Positions 24,439-35,939 of a DNA stretch of 64,000 nucleotides are shown piece by piece. Origin of the DNA: an uncultured Actinomycetes bacterium (GTDB lineage Bacteria > Actinomycetota > Actinomycetes > Jiangellales > Jiangellaceae); the NCBI GenBank assembly GCA_964400785.1, contig CAYNWB010000004.1, positions 677 to 64,676 of the forward strand. Direction: 5' to 3'. The notes beneath the pieces were generated by a model that ran no database searches, was not told the origin of the DNA, and was given only the letters and a program-made list of their open reading frames with translations. The position numbers and the translations under genes are program-made. Positions within the stretch are counted from its first letter, which is position 1; each line of letters starts with the position of its first letter.

Positions 24439-25541
24439 CGCACGGACGATCGTTCGAGTCCTCCGCCGACGTGGAGGTGTCCACCGGCGTGCGCGAGCCT
24501 GCGCACGCCTACCTCGACGTCCGCGACCTCACCGTGGAGTTCTCCACCGAGGACGGCGTGGTGCGCGCCGTCGATGGTGTCTCCTACACCGTCGAGCGTG
24601 GCAAGACGCTGGCCGTGGTGGGGGAGTCCGGCTCCGGCAAGTCGGTCACCAGCAACGCCGTGATGGGGCTGCTCAACCCCAAGCAGGCCACCATCACCGG
24701 TCGGGCCCTGCTCGACGGGGAGGACCTGATCACGGCGACCCCCGAGCGGGTGCGAGCGCTGCGCGGCAGCGAGATGGCCATGATCTTCCAGGACCCGCTG
24801 TCGTCGCTGCACCCGTTCTACACGATCGGCAAGCAGCTCGTCGAAGCCGTCCAGGTGAAGAAGAACGTGGACAAGAAGGCCGCCCGGGCCCGTGCGCTGG
24901 AGATGCTCGACCGCGTCGGCATCCCCAACGCGGCGGCGCGCATCGACGAGTACCCGCACCAGCTCTCCGGCGGCATGCGTCAGCGCGTCATGATCGCGAT
25001 GGCACTGATCAACGACCCGGCGATGCTCATCGCGGACGAGCCGACGACGGCTCTGGACGTGACCGTGCAGGCCCAGATCATCCAGCTCATGCGCAACCTG
25101 CAGGCCGAGTTCGGCACGGCCATCGTGCTGATCACCCACGACCTGGGCGTGGTCGCCGACATGGCCGACGACGTCATCGTCATGTACGGCGGACGAGCCG
25201 TCGAGCGCGGGACCGCGCACGACATCTACTACCGCTCGGAGATGCCCTACACGTGGGGCCTGATGTCCAGCGTCCCCCGCATGGACCTGGGCGAGGCCGA
25301 GCGGCTGATCCCGATCCCGGGCACGCCGCCGTCGCTGATCGACATGCCGCCGGGCTGCGTGTTCCGTCCCCGGTGTACGTACCACGCCCGGGTCGCGGGC
25401 GGCCTGTGCGACACCGTCCGACCCGACCTGCTGCCCGTGGACGACGGGCACGAGGTGCGGTGCCACATCCCGAGCGACGAGCGCAAGGTGCTCGCTGCCG
25501 AGCTGTTCGCGCAGATCCGTGGCACGGGAGGCCAGGCATGA
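24435..25541 (+). CDS. Peptide ABC transporter ATP-binding protein (OppD type)
   Basis: GTG 24435 overlaps the previous stop. [24 protein letters not shown] and [10 protein letters not shown] motifs, plus the C-terminal oligopeptide-type extension with Cys residues. Confidence 0.9.
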   Translation: MTHGRSFESSADVEVSTGVREPAHAYLDVRDLTVEFSTEDGVVRAVDGVSYTVERGKTLAVVGESGSGKSVTSNAVMGLLNPKQATITGRALLDGEDLITATPERVRALRGSEMAMIFQDPLSSLHPFYTIGKQLVEAVQVKKNVDKKAARARALEMLDRVGIPNAAARIDEYPHQLSGGMRQRVMIAMALINDPAMLIADEPTTALDVTVQAQIIQLMRNLQAEFGTAIVLITHDLGVVADMADDVIVMYGGRAVERGTAHDIYYRSEMPYTWGLMSSVPRMDLGEAERLIPIPGTPPSLIDMPPGCVFRPRCTYHARVAGGLCDTVRPDLLPVDDGHEVRCHIPSDERKVLAAELFAQIRGTGGQA

Positions 25542-26581
25542 CCGACCCGTTGATGACAGTCACGAGCCTGCAGAAGCACTTCCCGATCACCAAGGGGGCG
25601 ATCCTCAAGCGCACGGTGGGCCACGTCAAGGCCGTGGACGGGGTCTCGCTGGACGTGGCCCCGGGGGAGACCGTCGGCCTGGTGGGCGAGTCCGGCTGCG
25701 GCAAGTCCACCGCGGGTCGCACCATGCTGCGGCTGCTGGAGCCCACGGGTGGGTCGGTGGTCTACAACGGTCGCGACCTGACCGAGCTCAGTGCCAAGGA
25801 GATGGTGCTGCTGCGTCGTGAGATGCAGATGATCTTCCAGGACCCGTACTCGTCGTTGAACCCCCGGCACACCGTCGGCACGATCGTGTCGGCCCCTTTC
25901 CGCATCCAGAACATCGACCCGCCCGGCGGCATCAAGCGTGCGGTGCAGGAGACCATGGAGCGGGTCGGGCTCAACCCCGAGCACTACAACCGCTACCCGA
26001 ACGAGTTCTCCGGGGGCCAGCGCCAGCGCATCGGCGTCGCCCGCGCGATCGCCCTGAACCCCAAGCTCATCGTCTGCGACGAGCCTGTGTCGGCCCTGGA
26101 CGTGTCGATCCAGGCCCAGGTGGTGAACCTGCTGGAGGACCTGCAGGACGAGTTCGGCATCGCCTACGTCTTCATCGCTCACGACCTGTCGGTCGTGCGG
26201 CACATCTCCGACCGGGTCGCCGTGATGTACCTGGGCAAGATCGTCGAGTTCGCCGACGACGACACCCTCTACACCGAGCCGCGGCACCCGTACACGGCGG
26301 CCCTGCTCTCGGCGGTGCCGCTGCCCGACCCCATCAAGGAGAGCGGGCGCGAGCGGATCGTGCTGGAGGGAGACCTGCCCAGCCCGGCCAACCCTCCGTC
26401 CGGCTGCGTGTTCCGTACCCGGTGCTTCAAGGCGCAGGAGCGGTGCGCGGTGGAGGAGCCACCGCTGGTCGAGATCGCCCCCGGCCACTCGGTGGCCTGC
26501 CACTACCCGATGGAGCCCGACCTGGGCGTCGTGCTCGGCACCACCGCGGACGACCTGCCCGCTCCGTCCTACGACGTCTGA
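25538..26581 (+). CDS. Peptide ABC transporter ATP-binding protein (OppF type)
   Basis: ATG 25538 overlaps the previous stop (ATGA). [24 protein letters not shown] and [11 protein letters not shown] motifs. Confidence 0.9.
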   Translation: MTDPLMTVTSLQKHFPITKGAILKRTVGHVKAVDGVSLDVAPGETVGLVGESGCGKSTAGRTMLRLLEPTGGSVVYNGRDLTELSAKEMVLLRREMQMIFQDPYSSLNPRHTVGTIVSAPFRIQNIDPPGGIKRAVQETMERVGLNPEHYNRYPNEFSGGQRQRIGVARAIALNPKLIVCDEPVSALDVSIQAQVVNLLEDLQDEFGIAYVFIAHDLSVVRHISDRVAVMYLGKIVEFADDDTLYTEPRHPYTAALLSAVPLPDPIKESGRERIVLEGDLPSPANPPSGCVFRTRCFKAQERCAVEEPPLVEIAPGHSVACHYPMEPDLGVVLGTTADDLPAPSYDV

Positions 26582-28698
26582 TCGCGCAGCGCAGCGACGA
26601 TGAAGTCGCGCTGCGCCAGCAGCAGGTTCTCGGCGACCACCTGCTGCGGGGTCATGTGGGTGACCCCCGACAGGGGCAGCACCTGGTGCTGCCGACCGGC
26701 GGCCAGCAGCGCCCCGGACAGGCGCAGCGTGTGTGCCACCAGCACGTTGTCGTCGGCCAGCCCGTGGATGATCAGCAGGGGCCGCTCGAGCCTGGGGGCG
26801 CGTCCCAGCAGCGACTGCGACTCGTATCGGTGCGGATGGTCGTGCGACGTGCCCAGGTACCGCTCGGTGTAGGCGGTGTCGTAGAGAGCCCAGTCGGTGA
26901 CCGGCGCACCGGCGACCGCGGCGTGCACCAGGTCGGGACGCTCGAGCACTGCCAGAGCGGCGAGATAGCCGCCGAACGACCAGCCTCGGATCGCGACGCG
27001 GGCCAGGTCGGCGACCGGCCCTACCTGGTCGGCCAGCATCTGCAGGGCACGCACCTGGGCGTCCAGGGCAGGCTCGGCGAGCCGGCCGCACATCGCTCGC
27101 TCCCACGCCGGCGACCCAGGCGAGCCCGGGCCCTCCGCGACGACGACGACGAAGCCCTGCTCGGCGAACCACTGGCTCGGCAAGTAGGCCCGCGCGGAGT
27201 CCGACACCCGCTGGCTGTGTGGGCCCCCGTACGGGTCGAGCAGCACCGGCAGGGGTGAGCCGTCGTGTCTCTCGGGCAGCAGCACCGCCACCCGCGGATC
27301 GTCGGCGTGGTCGCGCCGCAGAAACCGTGGCCGCGGCCGAAGGGGTGGCAGCACGACGTCGACCAGCAGTGCACCCGTCCCGAACTCGCTGGTCACCGTG
27401 ACCGTGGGCACCGTCGACTCCAGCGAGTCCACGCGCACCACGGTCGTCCCAGCCGCATGCTTGGCCGCGGCCACCGCATGGCTGCCGGTCAGGAACGACC
27501 AGCGACGGTCGGCGTCCAGGCACGCCACGCGCACCTCCCGCTCGTCCTCGCTCACGGCGAGCAGCACTGCGTCGTCGGTGACGCTGAGCACCGCGTGCAC
27601 GGCGACGCCGGCCGGCGTGATCGGCTCGCCGTCGGCCACGAGCACGGCCGTGTCGGCCGCGACGTCGCGCTCCACGGTCAGCAGCCGGTTCGCCCACCAG
27701 GCCGGCACGCCCGGTACCACGTCGACCCAGCACTCGTCGGTGACAGTGCGACGTTCGGCGACGGCCGCACCGGGCTGCCACGTCAGCACACGCATGGCGC
27801 GCTGAGGGCGGTCGAGGACGGTCAGCAAGGCCGGCGTGCCGGGTGCCCACGACACGTCCACGAGGTACTCGGTGTCGTGCTCGGTGACGATCTCGGACCG
27901 GTCCGAGTCGAGGGTGACGTGCCACACCGACGTCCGCGGGTTGGCGGCGCCGGCGAAGGGGTAGCGCACGGGCGATGCCGGTTCGGCGGGGTTCGCCGGG
28001 TCGGCGATGTGGCACAGCCCCACCTCAGACTCGTCGACCCGGGCCACGAGCAGCGACTGCGAGTCGGGTGCCCACCAGAACGAGCGCAGCCGGCCCAGCT
28101 CCTCGGCGTGGACGAAGTCGGAGAGCCCCCAGGTGACGGCTTCGGAGTCGTCGACGGCCAGGGCGTGCCCGGTCTGCGTCCCGGAGGCGGGAGCGACGTG
28201 CAGCCCGCCGTCGCAGTGGTAGGCGACCCAGCGACCGTCCGGGGAGAGCCGGGGGTCGACCGCCATGCCGGCCACGGGCACCTCGACGGCGTCCGTGGTG
28301 CCGACGTCCAGCACGAAGATGCGTCCGGACAGGGTCAGCACGACCCGATCCACCGCTTCGTCCGTGGCGTAGGCGGTGATGCCGGCCCCACCCTGGCGCA
28401 TGCGCTCGCGGCGTGCGAGCTCGGCCGGGGGCAGCGCCTCGTCGTCGCCGGCCAGCAGGTCGTGAGGGTCGGCCAGCAACCGTTCCTGGCCGGTGGGGAC
28501 GTCGTAGCACCACAGCAGCCCGGTGCGCTCGGTGCCCGACCGCGACCGCAGGAAGAGCACGCGCCGACCGTCCGGCGAGATCGTCCACGTCGTCGGCGTC
28601 CCCAGCGTGAAGCGCTGGGTACGTGCGGACAGACGCGGGTAGGAGGCAGCGCCGAACGCCGCCGGCACGTCGGACGTCGTCGTGCTCGGGCTGCTCAT
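26569..28698 (-). CDS. S9 family serine peptidase (prolyl oligopeptidase / dipeptidyl-peptidase IV-like)
   Basis: ATG 28698. N-terminal beta-propeller-type region, then the catalytic block [14 protein letters not shown] (GxSxGG) and [10 protein letters not shown]. Confidence 0.85.
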   Translation of the reverse strand: MSSPSTTTSDVPAAFGAASYPRLSARTQRFTLGTPTTWTISPDGRRVLFLRSRSGTERTGLLWCYDVPTGQERLLADPHDLLAGDDEALPPAELARRERMRQGGAGITAYATDEAVDRVVLTLSGRIFVLDVGTTDAVEVPVAGMAVDPRLSPDGRWVAYHCDGGLHVAPASGTQTGHALAVDDSEAVTWGLSDFVHAEELGRLRSFWWAPDSQSLLVARVDESEVGLCHIADPANPAEPASPVRYPFAGAANPRTSVWHVTLDSDRSEIVTEHDTEYLVDVSWAPGTPALLTVLDRPQRAMRVLTWQPGAAVAERRTVTDECWVDVVPGVPAWWANRLLTVERDVAADTAVLVADGEPITPAGVAVHAVLSVTDDAVLLAVSEDEREVRVACLDADRRWSFLTGSHAVAAAKHAAGTTVVRVDSLESTVPTVTVTSEFGTGALLVDVVLPPLRPRPRFLRRDHADDPRVAVLLPERHDGSPLPVLLDPYGGPHSQRVSDSARAYLPSQWFAEQGFVVVVAEGPGSPGSPAWERAMCGRLAEPALDAQVRALQMLADQVGPVADLARVAIRGWSFGGYLAALAVLERPDLVHAAVAGAPVTDWALYDTAYTERYLGTSHDHPHRYESQSLLGRAPRLERPLLIIHGLADDNVLVAHTLRLSGALLAAGRQHQVLPLSGVTHMTPQQVVAENLLLAQRDFIVAALRDQTS

Positions 28699-28718
28699 GA
28701 CCCCAACGCTGCCATAGG

Positions 28719-29642
28719 GTGCGGACGGTGAGCACACCGTCCGGCGTCGCGCCGCTACCGGTCGCCGACAGGCGGCTGCTGCTTGTGCACGCGCACCCCG
28801 ACGACGAGACCATCAACAACGGCGCCACGATGGCCCGCTACGTGGCCGAGGGTGCTCACGTGACCCTGGTGACGTGCACGTCCGGCGAGGAGGGGGAGGT
28901 GCTCGTCCCGGATCTCGCGCACCTGGCCGCCGACGCCGACGATGCTCTGGGCCCGCACCGTCAGGTCGAGCTCGCCCATGCCATGGCTGCTCTCGGGGTG
29001 ACCGACCACCGGTTTCTCGGGGGCGCTGGGCGCTACCGCGACTCCGGGATGATGGGAACGCCGGCCAACGACCGGCCCGAGTGCTTCTGGCGGGCCGACC
29101 TCACCGAGGCGGCGACGCTTCTGGCGCAGGTCGTGCGCGAGGTTCGCCCGCAGGTGGTCGTGACCTACGACGAGTTCGGCGGCTACGGCCACCCCGACCA
29201 CATCCAGGCCCACCGAGTGGCCACGTACGGGGTGGTGCTGGCCGGGGTCGCGTCCTACCGACCCGACCTCGGTGCCCCCTGGACGGTGGCGAAGACCTAC
29301 TGGAACGCGATGCCGCGGTCGTACGTCGCCGCCGGCATCGAACGAATGAAGGACGCCGGAAGTGACTTCTTCGGCGTGGAGTCGGTGGACGACCTTCCCT
29401 TCGTGGTGCCCGACTCCGCGGTGTCGGCCGTGATCGACGGCACGGGCTTCGTCGAGAGCAAGCTGGCGGCGATGCGAGCGCACGCAACCCAGATCGCTGT
29501 CGACGGCCCGTTCTTCGCGCTGTCGAACCAGATCGGGCTGGAGGCGTGGGGGCAGGAGTTCTACCGGCTCGCGACCGGTGCCGGCGGGCCGGTGGACGCC
29601 GAGACCGGGTGGGAGAGCGACCTGTTCGCCGGTCTCGCATGA
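28719..29642 (+). CDS. mshB: N-acetyl-1-D-myo-inosityl-2-amino-2-deoxy-alpha-D-glucopyranoside deacetylase (mycothiol biosynthesis)
   Basis: [32 protein letters not shown] and [13 protein letters not shown] motifs of LmbE/MshB. Confidence 0.88.
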   Translation: MRTVSTPSGVAPLPVADRRLLLVHAHPDDETINNGATMARYVAEGAHVTLVTCTSGEEGEVLVPDLAHLAADADDALGPHRQVELAHAMAALGVTDHRFLGGAGRYRDSGMMGTPANDRPECFWRADLTEAATLLAQVVREVRPQVVVTYDEFGGYGHPDHIQAHRVATYGVVLAGVASYRPDLGAPWTVAKTYWNAMPRSYVAAGIERMKDAGSDFFGVESVDDLPFVVPDSAVSAVIDGTGFVESKLAAMRAHATQIAVDGPFFALSNQIGLEAWGQEFYRLATGAGGPVDAETGWESDLFAGLA

Positions 29643-30082
29643 GCAGAACGGCGCGTGCCCGCCTCGGGCGAGCCCTCGGCCTGGTGTGTCTCGTGCTGCT
29701 GGCGGCCACGGCCGGCGCCGTGGGCGCCTTCGTGCACCGCACCACCCTGGACGTGATGGGCCTGACCGTGCCCGTGGGACTTGCAGCGGCGCTATCCGGG
29801 CTCGTCGGCCTGCTGCTGCTGGCCAGGCTGCTCGCCGCGGGTCGCGGCGGGGTGCTGGTCGTGGCCGGGGCCTACGGGGTACCCGTCCTGGTGCTCAGCC
29901 AGTTCCGGCCCGAGGGTGACCTGGTGGTCGCCGAGGACGTCTGGGGGCTGGCGCTGCTGGGCGGAGCGGCTCTCGTGGTCACGGTGGCGGTGGCCGTGCC
30001 GATCGCGGCCTACCATGGAACACCGCGCGGTGCCTCTGACGGCGCCGGACCGTCCCCCTCACTCGTAGCCGAGATGCCATGA
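29639..30082 (+). CDS. Small integral membrane protein conserved downstream of mshB (DUF6113-like)
   Basis: ATG 29639 overlaps the mshB stop (ATGA). 147 aa with four hydrophobic segments. The family name is from recollection, not a search. Confidence 0.55.
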   Translation: MSRTARARLGRALGLVCLVLLAATAGAVGAFVHRTTLDVMGLTVPVGLAAALSGLVGLLLLARLLAAGRGGVLVVAGAYGVPVLVLSQFRPEGDLVVAEDVWGLALLGGAALVVTVAVAVPIAAYHGTPRGASDGAGPSPSLVAEMP

Positions 30083-31857
30083 CAGACACCCCCGCCAGCA
30101 CCGGTGACTCGACGGAGTCCGTCGTGTCGGTGGTCGCGGACGACTCGGCCGAGCAGTCGTCCTCCTCGCGGCGCCGCTGGCGTGTCGCGATCGGCGTGGT
30201 CGTCACACTGCTGGTGCTCGGAGGCGCCTACGTCGCGGCCTACCTCTATGCCGGCACGACCGTCCCCGCCGGCACCACGGTGCTCGGCATCGACATCGGA
30301 GGGCTGACGCAGCAGCAGGCCGAGGACACGCTGCGCGACGAGCTGCCCGCTGTCGCCGACGCACCCATCACGCTGCTGGTCGGCCAGGACAGCTACTCGA
30401 TCGTGCCGTCGGAGTCGGGTCTGAACGTCGACGTCGCCGCCACCGTGCGGGCAGCAGGGATCGGATCGTCCGACCCGGTGCGGCTCGTCGAGTCGATCGT
30501 GTCCGGCGGCGGGCCTGTCGACCCCGTCGTGGTGGTCGACGACGCGGCCCTCGGCTCTGCCGTCGACGAGGTCGCCGACGATGCCGACGCCGACCCGGTC
30601 GAGGGGGCGGTCGACTTCCGGGACGGCAACGTGGTCGCGACCCTGCCGCGAGAGGGCCGTCTCGTCGACCGGCCGGCCGCGGTCACCGAGGTCGTCGACT
30701 CCTACCTGGTGGTGAGCGGGCCGGTCGACCTGCCGGTGCAGACGTCGACGTCGGTGGTCACCGAGGCCGAGGTCAAGCGAGCCCTGCAGGAGTTCGCCCA
30801 ACCGGCCATGTCGGCACCGGTGGTGCTGCGCTCCGACCTCGGTACCAGCGAGCTGAGCACCACCCTGCTCTCCGACGTGCTGTCGATGACCCCGGACCCG
30901 GATGGGGTTCTGCAGCCGGTGCTCGACGAGGACGGGCTGCTCACGGCGTCGAGCAGTGCGCTGGACGACCTCGGGCAGCCCCCCACGGATGCGTCGGTCG
31001 TCATTCGGGACGGCTCCCCGGTCGTGGTGCCGTCCAGCACCGGTCGGGCCGCCGACACCAGCACCTTTGCCGCTGACGTGCTTGCCGCGCTGACCGGCAC
31101 CGGCGACGAGCGGGTCGTGCAGGTGCCCCTGGTCGACAAGCCTGCCGAGTTCACCACCGAGGACGCCGCCGCCAGCGGGGTGCGCCAGGTCGTAGCCGAG
31201 TTCACGACGTTCTACCCCCATGCCGACTACCGCAACACCAACATCGGACGGGCCGCCGAGCTGGCCAACAACACGTTCCTGAAGCCGGGAGACGTGTTCT
31301 CGATGAACGACACCGTCGGGGAGCGACGCGTCGACCGCGGCTTCACCTCCGGTTTCATCATCGAGAGCGGTCGCTTCGCCGAGGCCGTCGGCGGCGGCGT
31401 CTCGCAGCTGGCGACGACGCTGTTCAACGCGGGTCACTTCGCCGGCTTCGAGGACGTCGAGCACCACCCCCACACCCTCTACATCGACCGCTACCCCCCG
31501 GGACGAGAGGCCACCGTCTTCTACGGGTCGTGGGACCTGCGCTTCGGCAACAACACCCCGTACGGCGCGGTGGTGCAGTCGTTCATCAACCCCAGCAGCC
31601 CCGGCAGCTCCGGCGCGGTGACGGTGCGCATCTGGAGCACGCCCTACTGGGACGTCGAGTCGGTGACCGGCGACCGCACGAACTTCAGGCCGTACGAGCG
31701 CACGGTGATCGCGGGCGCGGCCTGCGTGCCGTCCAGCGGCTCCGACGGATTCGACATCACCGTCACCCGCACGTTGTCGCGGGGCGGGGCCGTGCAGGAG
31801 CGTGAGCAGCTGTTCACCCGGTACGACCCGACTCCCGAGGTGGTGTGCACCGGCTAG
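30079..31857 (+). CDS. VanW family protein (membrane-anchored)
   Basis: ATG 30079 overlaps the previous stop. N-terminal TM IGVVVTLLVLGGAYVAAYL. C-terminal VanW core NIGRAAELANNTFLKPGDVFSMNDTVGERR..GVSQLATTLFNAGHFAG. Confidence 0.75.
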   Translation: MTDTPASTGDSTESVVSVVADDSAEQSSSSRRRWRVAIGVVVTLLVLGGAYVAAYLYAGTTVPAGTTVLGIDIGGLTQQQAEDTLRDELPAVADAPITLLVGQDSYSIVPSESGLNVDVAATVRAAGIGSSDPVRLVESIVSGGGPVDPVVVVDDAALGSAVDEVADDADADPVEGAVDFRDGNVVATLPREGRLVDRPAAVTEVVDSYLVVSGPVDLPVQTSTSVVTEAEVKRALQEFAQPAMSAPVVLRSDLGTSELSTTLLSDVLSMTPDPDGVLQPVLDEDGLLTASSSALDDLGQPPTDASVVIRDGSPVVVPSSTGRAADTSTFAADVLAALTGTGDERVVQVPLVDKPAEFTTEDAAASGVRQVVAEFTTFYPHADYRNTNIGRAAELANNTFLKPGDVFSMNDTVGERRVDRGFTSGFIIESGRFAEAVGGGVSQLATTLFNAGHFAGFEDVEHHPHTLYIDRYPPGREATVFYGSWDLRFGNNTPYGAVVQSFINPSSPGSSGAVTVRIWSTPYWDVESVTGDRTNFRPYERTVIAGAACVPSSGSDGFDITVTRTLSRGGAVQEREQLFTRYDPTPEVVCTG

Positions 31858-31932
31858 GGCGACCTGCGTACGCTGGTGACGCACCGGCGTTCACCGGGGT
31901 GCAGCGCACCTGACACGTTGGAGGACCTGACC

Positions 31933-32253
31933 GTGACGTATGTGATCGCGCAGCCCTGCGTCGACCTCAAGGACCGTGCCTGCGTCGAGGAGTGCCCGGT
32001 CGACTGCATCTACGAGGGCGAGCGGATGCTCTACATCCACCCCGACGAGTGCGTCGACTGCGGAGCCTGCGAGCCCGTGTGTCCCGTCGAGGCGATCTTC
32101 TACGAGGACGACGTGCCGGAGGAGTGGCGCGGCTACACCGACGCCAACGCCGAGTTCTTCGACGAGCTCGGGTCTCCCGGGGGAGCCGCCAAGCTCGGCG
32201 TCATCGACCGCGACCACCCGACGGTCGCGGCACTGCCGCCCCAAGAGCACTGA
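31933..32253 (+). CDS. fdxA: 7Fe ferredoxin (3Fe-4S plus 4Fe-4S)
   Basis: GGAGGA SD, GTG 31933. VTYVIAQPCVDLKDRACVEECPVDCIYEG and CVDCGACEPVCPVEAI cluster motifs. Confidence 0.9.
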   Translation: MTYVIAQPCVDLKDRACVEECPVDCIYEGERMLYIHPDECVDCGACEPVCPVEAIFYEDDVPEEWRGYTDANAEFFDELGSPGGAAKLGVIDRDHPTVAALPPQEH

Positions 32254-33359
32254 GCCCGCGTCCGTCGGCTCGCCCCTCGTCCAGGCTGCCGGACTTTCCC
32301 TGGGACCGCCTGGCCCCGGCCGCCGGCCTGGCGCGGGCACACCCGGGCGGCATCGTCGACCTGTCGGTGGGGGCTCCGGTCGACCCGACACCGCCGGTGG
32401 TCGAGCAGGCGCTGGCGGCCGCGTCCCAGGCCCCCGGGTACCCGCTGACCCGGGGCACGGAGCAGGTGCGCAGGGCCTGCGCGACCTACCTGGCCCGGCG
32501 CTGGCAGGTCGCCGCCGAGCCCGACGCGGTGCTGCCGGTGATCGGCACCAAGGAGCTGGTGGCGTGGCTGCCGACCCTGCTGGGTCTCGGTGCCGGTGAC
32601 ACGGTCGCCTACCCGCACCTGGCCTACCCCACCTACGAGGTGGGGGCGGTGCTCGCAGGTGCCCAACCGCTGCCGACGGCGTCCCTGACTGCCCTGGGGC
32701 CGCTGCGAGTGCCCCTGATCTGGGTGAACAGCCCCGCGAACCCCGACGGGCGGGTGCTGCCGGCCGAGCACCTGGCCAAGGTCGTGTCGTGGGCCCGGGA
32801 GCGGGGTGCCGTCGTCGCCTCGGACGAGTGCTACCTCGAGTTCGGGTGGGACGTCGAGCCCGTCAGCATCCTGCACCCGCAGGTGTGCGGGGGCTCGCAC
32901 GAGGGACTGCTGGCCGTGCACTCGCTGTCGAAGCGGTCGAACATGGCCGGCTACCGGGCCGGCTTCGTCGCGGGGGACCCGGACCTGGTGGCCGACCTGC
33001 ACGAGGTGCGTCGGCACGCCGGCATGGTGGTGTCGGCACCGGTGCAGGCCGCCATGGTGGCGGCTCTGGCCGACGACGACCACGTCGTGGAGCAGAGGCG
33101 CCGCTACCGTGCCCGACGCGACCTGCTGACGGCCGCCCTGGGCGAGGCCGGCTTTCGCATCGAGCACTCCGAAGGGTCGCTGTACCTGTGGGCGACCCGC
33201 GACGAGCCCGCGATGCAGACCGTCACCTGGTGTGCCGAGCGCGGGGTGCTCGTCGCACCCGGCGACTTCTACGGACCGTCCGGTGCCCGCCACGTCCGGG
33301 TGTCGCTCACGGCGACCGACGAGCGCGTCGAGGCCGGCTGCGAGCGGCTGGTCGGCTGA
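32250..33359 (+). CDS. dapC: Succinyldiaminopimelate aminotransferase (DapC type); start codon uncertain
   Basis: LPDFPWDRLAP, DLSVGAPVDP, NSPANPDG and SLSKRSNMAGYRAGF (PLP Lys) motifs. There is no ATG/GTG/TTG in frame between the fdx stop and the conserved N-terminal motif. The only candidate is CTG 32250. Confidence 0.8.
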   Translation: MSPRPSARPSSRLPDFPWDRLAPAAGLARAHPGGIVDLSVGAPVDPTPPVVEQALAAASQAPGYPLTRGTEQVRRACATYLARRWQVAAEPDAVLPVIGTKELVAWLPTLLGLGAGDTVAYPHLAYPTYEVGAVLAGAQPLPTASLTALGPLRVPLIWVNSPANPDGRVLPAEHLAKVVSWARERGAVVASDECYLEFGWDVEPVSILHPQVCGGSHEGLLAVHSLSKRSNMAGYRAGFVAGDPDLVADLHEVRRHAGMVVSAPVQAAMVAALADDDHVVEQRRRYRARRDLLTAALGEAGFRIEHSEGSLYLWATRDEPAMQTVTWCAERGVLVAPGDFYGPSGARHVRVSLTATDERVEAGCERLVG

Positions 33360-33418
33360 TCCGCGCCACCGCGCGGTGCCGGAGTGCGCCTACGTGCGTG
33401 CAGGCACCGCGCGGTCTG

Positions 33419-33880
33419 TCAGCTCGTGGTGACCGGGTCGCCAATCTGGACGCTCGCCTCGGTGAAGGTGCCCCCGGTGGTCTCGACCGCCAGCTGGTAG
33501 TCGGAGTCCGGGGCGTAGCGCGGGCACGTGGAGTCGGCAGCCGGACAGGGCTGCATCTCGGCAACCCCGACCACGCGGCCGTCCATCGCCCAGACGATCG
33601 ACAGGGGCAGCTCGACACCACCCATCCAGAACTGGTGGCGGACGGGGGAGTCGTAGACGAACGCCATGCCCGTGCCGGGGGGCACCTGTGTGCGCCCCAT
33701 CAGCCCGACCCGCTTCTGCTCGTCGGTGGAGGCGACCTCGGCCTCGATGGGCGCTGCGGCTCCGACCACGACCGTGATGGTCTGCGGGGCAGCCTCGCCG
33801 ACCGGCCCGCACCCGGCCAGGCTCACCATGCCGGCCAGCACCCCGACGGCGGCGAGCGTCGCGCGGGATGGGATCCTCAC
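33419..33880 (-). CDS. DUF192 domain lipoprotein
   Basis: GTG 33880 overlaps the upstream stop (GTGA). Lipobox MVSLAGCGP. RVGLMGRTQVPPGTGMAFVYDSPVRHQFWMGGVELPLSIVW is the DUF192 pattern. Confidence 0.7.
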   Translation of the reverse strand: MRIPSRATLAAVGVLAGMVSLAGCGPVGEAAPQTITVVVGAAAPIEAEVASTDEQKRVGLMGRTQVPPGTGMAFVYDSPVRHQFWMGGVELPLSIVWAMDGRVVGVAEMQPCPAADSTCPRYAPDSDYQLAVETTGGTFTEASVQIGDPVTTS

Positions 33881-34881
33881 GACCCCTCGACGACGTCGAC
33901 GTGGATGTGGTCGAGGTGGCGGTCGGTGACGGTGGTGCTGCCCGACGGGTGGGTGTAGTCGCGCCACCCCTGCGCCCCCCGGCGAGCCGACCAGATCTTG
34001 TCGTCGTAGATGACGACCGCGACGCCGAGGCGCTCGGCGTGGGCGACCAACCAGTGGGCGGCTGCCCAGCCCTCTCGCCCTCCGGCCCCGTCCTGCATCG
34101 GGAAGAACACGTCGAGGGCGAGTCCTCGGTCGTGGGTGGAGGTGCCTGCTGCGGTCTGGTAGGTCGAGATCGGGGTGTCGGCACCGAACCAGGCCCGAAG
34201 CTCGTCGGCGACCGACTGCGCTCGCGGGGTGAAGCCGGAGGGGTCGGCCTGCTCGACGGCATGGCCGCTGTGCCGGATCGAGCACGACAGCGTGGCCGGC
34301 GACCAGCCGCTCAGCGCCGACGCGAGCACACGGGCGTCCTGCTCGTGGTCGGCGTAGGCGGTGGGGAAGGCGCTTCGCTGCACGGCCTGCGCGGCGTCGG
34401 TGACGGGCATCTCGGCGTAGCCGGGCACCTTCACGAGCTCGTCGTAGAACCTGCCGGCCGCGTACACCGGGTCCTGCACCTGCTCGGCAGACCCCCACCC
34501 CTGCGACGGCCGCTGCTGGAACAGGCCCAGGGAGTCGCGGTCGCCGTAGTCGAGGTTGAGCAGCTTCGACTCCTGGTAGGCGGTCGCGAGCGCGATGGTC
34601 ACGGCGCGCGCCGGCAGGCCTCGGCGCTCTGCCACGGCAGCGATGGTCGCGGCGTTGGCCGCCTGCTCGGGGGTGAGCCTGACCGTCTGCTCGCCCAGGG
34701 TGGCCTCGCAGCGCGGAAGCAGCGCGAGCGAGGGCAGGGCGTTGCCGGCCCACTGGTAGCCACCGACGAGCACGCCGGCCACCAGCGTCAGGACGACCAG
34801 CGCGCCGACGAACCCACCGCCGCGGCGCCGCCGGCGCGGCGGTTCGCCTGCGGGAGGGTGACGCTGCAGGGTCGACGACAT
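33877..34881 (-). CDS. Conserved membrane-anchored hypothetical protein
   Basis: N-terminal basic stretch plus TM FVGALVVLTLVAGVLVGGY. The extracytoplasmic part contains DSLGLFQQRPSQGWG. Coding codon bias. Confidence 0.65.
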   Translation of the reverse strand: MSSTLQRHPPAGEPPRRRRRGGGFVGALVVLTLVAGVLVGGYQWAGNALPSLALLPRCEATLGEQTVRLTPEQAANAATIAAVAERRGLPARAVTIALATAYQESKLLNLDYGDRDSLGLFQQRPSQGWGSAEQVQDPVYAAGRFYDELVKVPGYAEMPVTDAAQAVQRSAFPTAYADHEQDARVLASALSGWSPATLSCSIRHSGHAVEQADPSGFTPRAQSVADELRAWFGADTPISTYQTAAGTSTHDRGLALDVFFPMQDGAGGREGWAAAHWLVAHAERLGVAVVIYDDKIWSARRGAQGWRDYTHPSGSTTVTDRHLDHIHVDVVEGS

Positions 34882-34938
34882 CGTCGCCCCATGGTACGTG
34901 GGAGCGGTCGCACCTGCCGCCTGACGCCCGGGGCGTCG

Positions 34939-35901
34939 TCAGTCGTTGGTGTGCAGCGCGGCGTTGAGGCCGCCCCACGACCCGGTGCGCGGCAGCGCCT
35001 CGACCGACCCCGTGAGGGAGTTGCGGCGGAACAGCATGTCGTGCGCGCCGGACAGCTCTCGGGCGGCCACGGTTGTCGCGTCGGGCAGGGCGACCTTTGT
35101 GCCGGCAGTCAGGTAGAGACCGGCCTCGACCACGCACCTGTCGCCGAGTGATATCCCCAGCCCGGCGTTGGCGCCGAGCAGGCAGCCCTGCCCGATCGAG
35201 ATGACCGTGGTGCCTCCGCCGGACAGCGTGCCCATGATCGAGGCGCCGCCGCCGATGTCGGACCCGTCACCGACGACGACCCCGGCCGAGATGCGCCCCT
35301 CCACCATCGACGCCCCGAGCGTCCCGGCGTTGAAGTTGACGAACCCCTCGTGCATCACCGTGGTGCCCGGTGCCAGGTGAGCCCCGAGGCGCACTCGGTC
35401 GGCGTCGGCGATGCGCACCCCGGTCGGCACGACGTAGTCGACCATGCGGGGAAACTTGTCCACGCCGAGCACCGTCACCGGTCCCCTGCTCGACAGCCGT
35501 GCCCGCGTCTGCTCGAAGCCCTCGACCGGGCACGGCCCGGCAGAGGTCCACACGACGTTGGGCAGCACGCCGAACAGGCCGTCGAGGTTCTGCCCGTGGG
35601 GTCGTACGAGCCGGTGCGAGAGCAGGTGCAGTCGCAGGTACGCGTCGGCCACGTCGGTGGGCGGGTCGTCCAGGTCGATCACCGCGCGGACGAAGGCTCG
35701 CTGCACGCCGCGCAGGGCGTCTGTAGCCTCCAGGCGGATCAGGTCGGCGTCGGGCGGGTGCCCCGGCTCGGGGCGGCCCAGCGAGGGTGCCGGGAACCAG
35801 GCGTCGAGCACGTCTCCGTCCGCGCTCACGGTGGCCAGACCGTCCGCCCAGGCCGAGCGGTCGGCCGTCGAAGCATCGGCGGGCTGCTGCGTGGGCTGCA
35901 T
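34939..35901 (-). CDS. dapD: 2,3,4,5-tetrahydropyridine-2,6-dicarboxylate N-succinyltransferase
   Basis: ATG 35901. Actinobacterial DapD pattern [25 protein letters not shown], then hexapeptide repeats ([18 protein letters not shown]..). Confidence 0.88.
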   Translation of the reverse strand: MQPTQQPADASTADRSAWADGLATVSADGDVLDAWFPAPSLGRPEPGHPPDADLIRLEATDALRGVQRAFVRAVIDLDDPPTDVADAYLRLHLLSHRLVRPHGQNLDGLFGVLPNVVWTSAGPCPVEGFEQTRARLSSRGPVTVLGVDKFPRMVDYVVPTGVRIADADRVRLGAHLAPGTTVMHEGFVNFNAGTLGASMVEGRISAGVVVGDGSDIGGGASIMGTLSGGGTTVISIGQGCLLGANAGLGISLGDRCVVEAGLYLTAGTKVALPDATTVAARELSGAHDMLFRRNSLTGSVEALPRTGSWGGLNAALHTND

Positions 35902-35939
35902 GCACTCAGCCTGCCATCTGGCCCGGTAGCGTCTGGACG

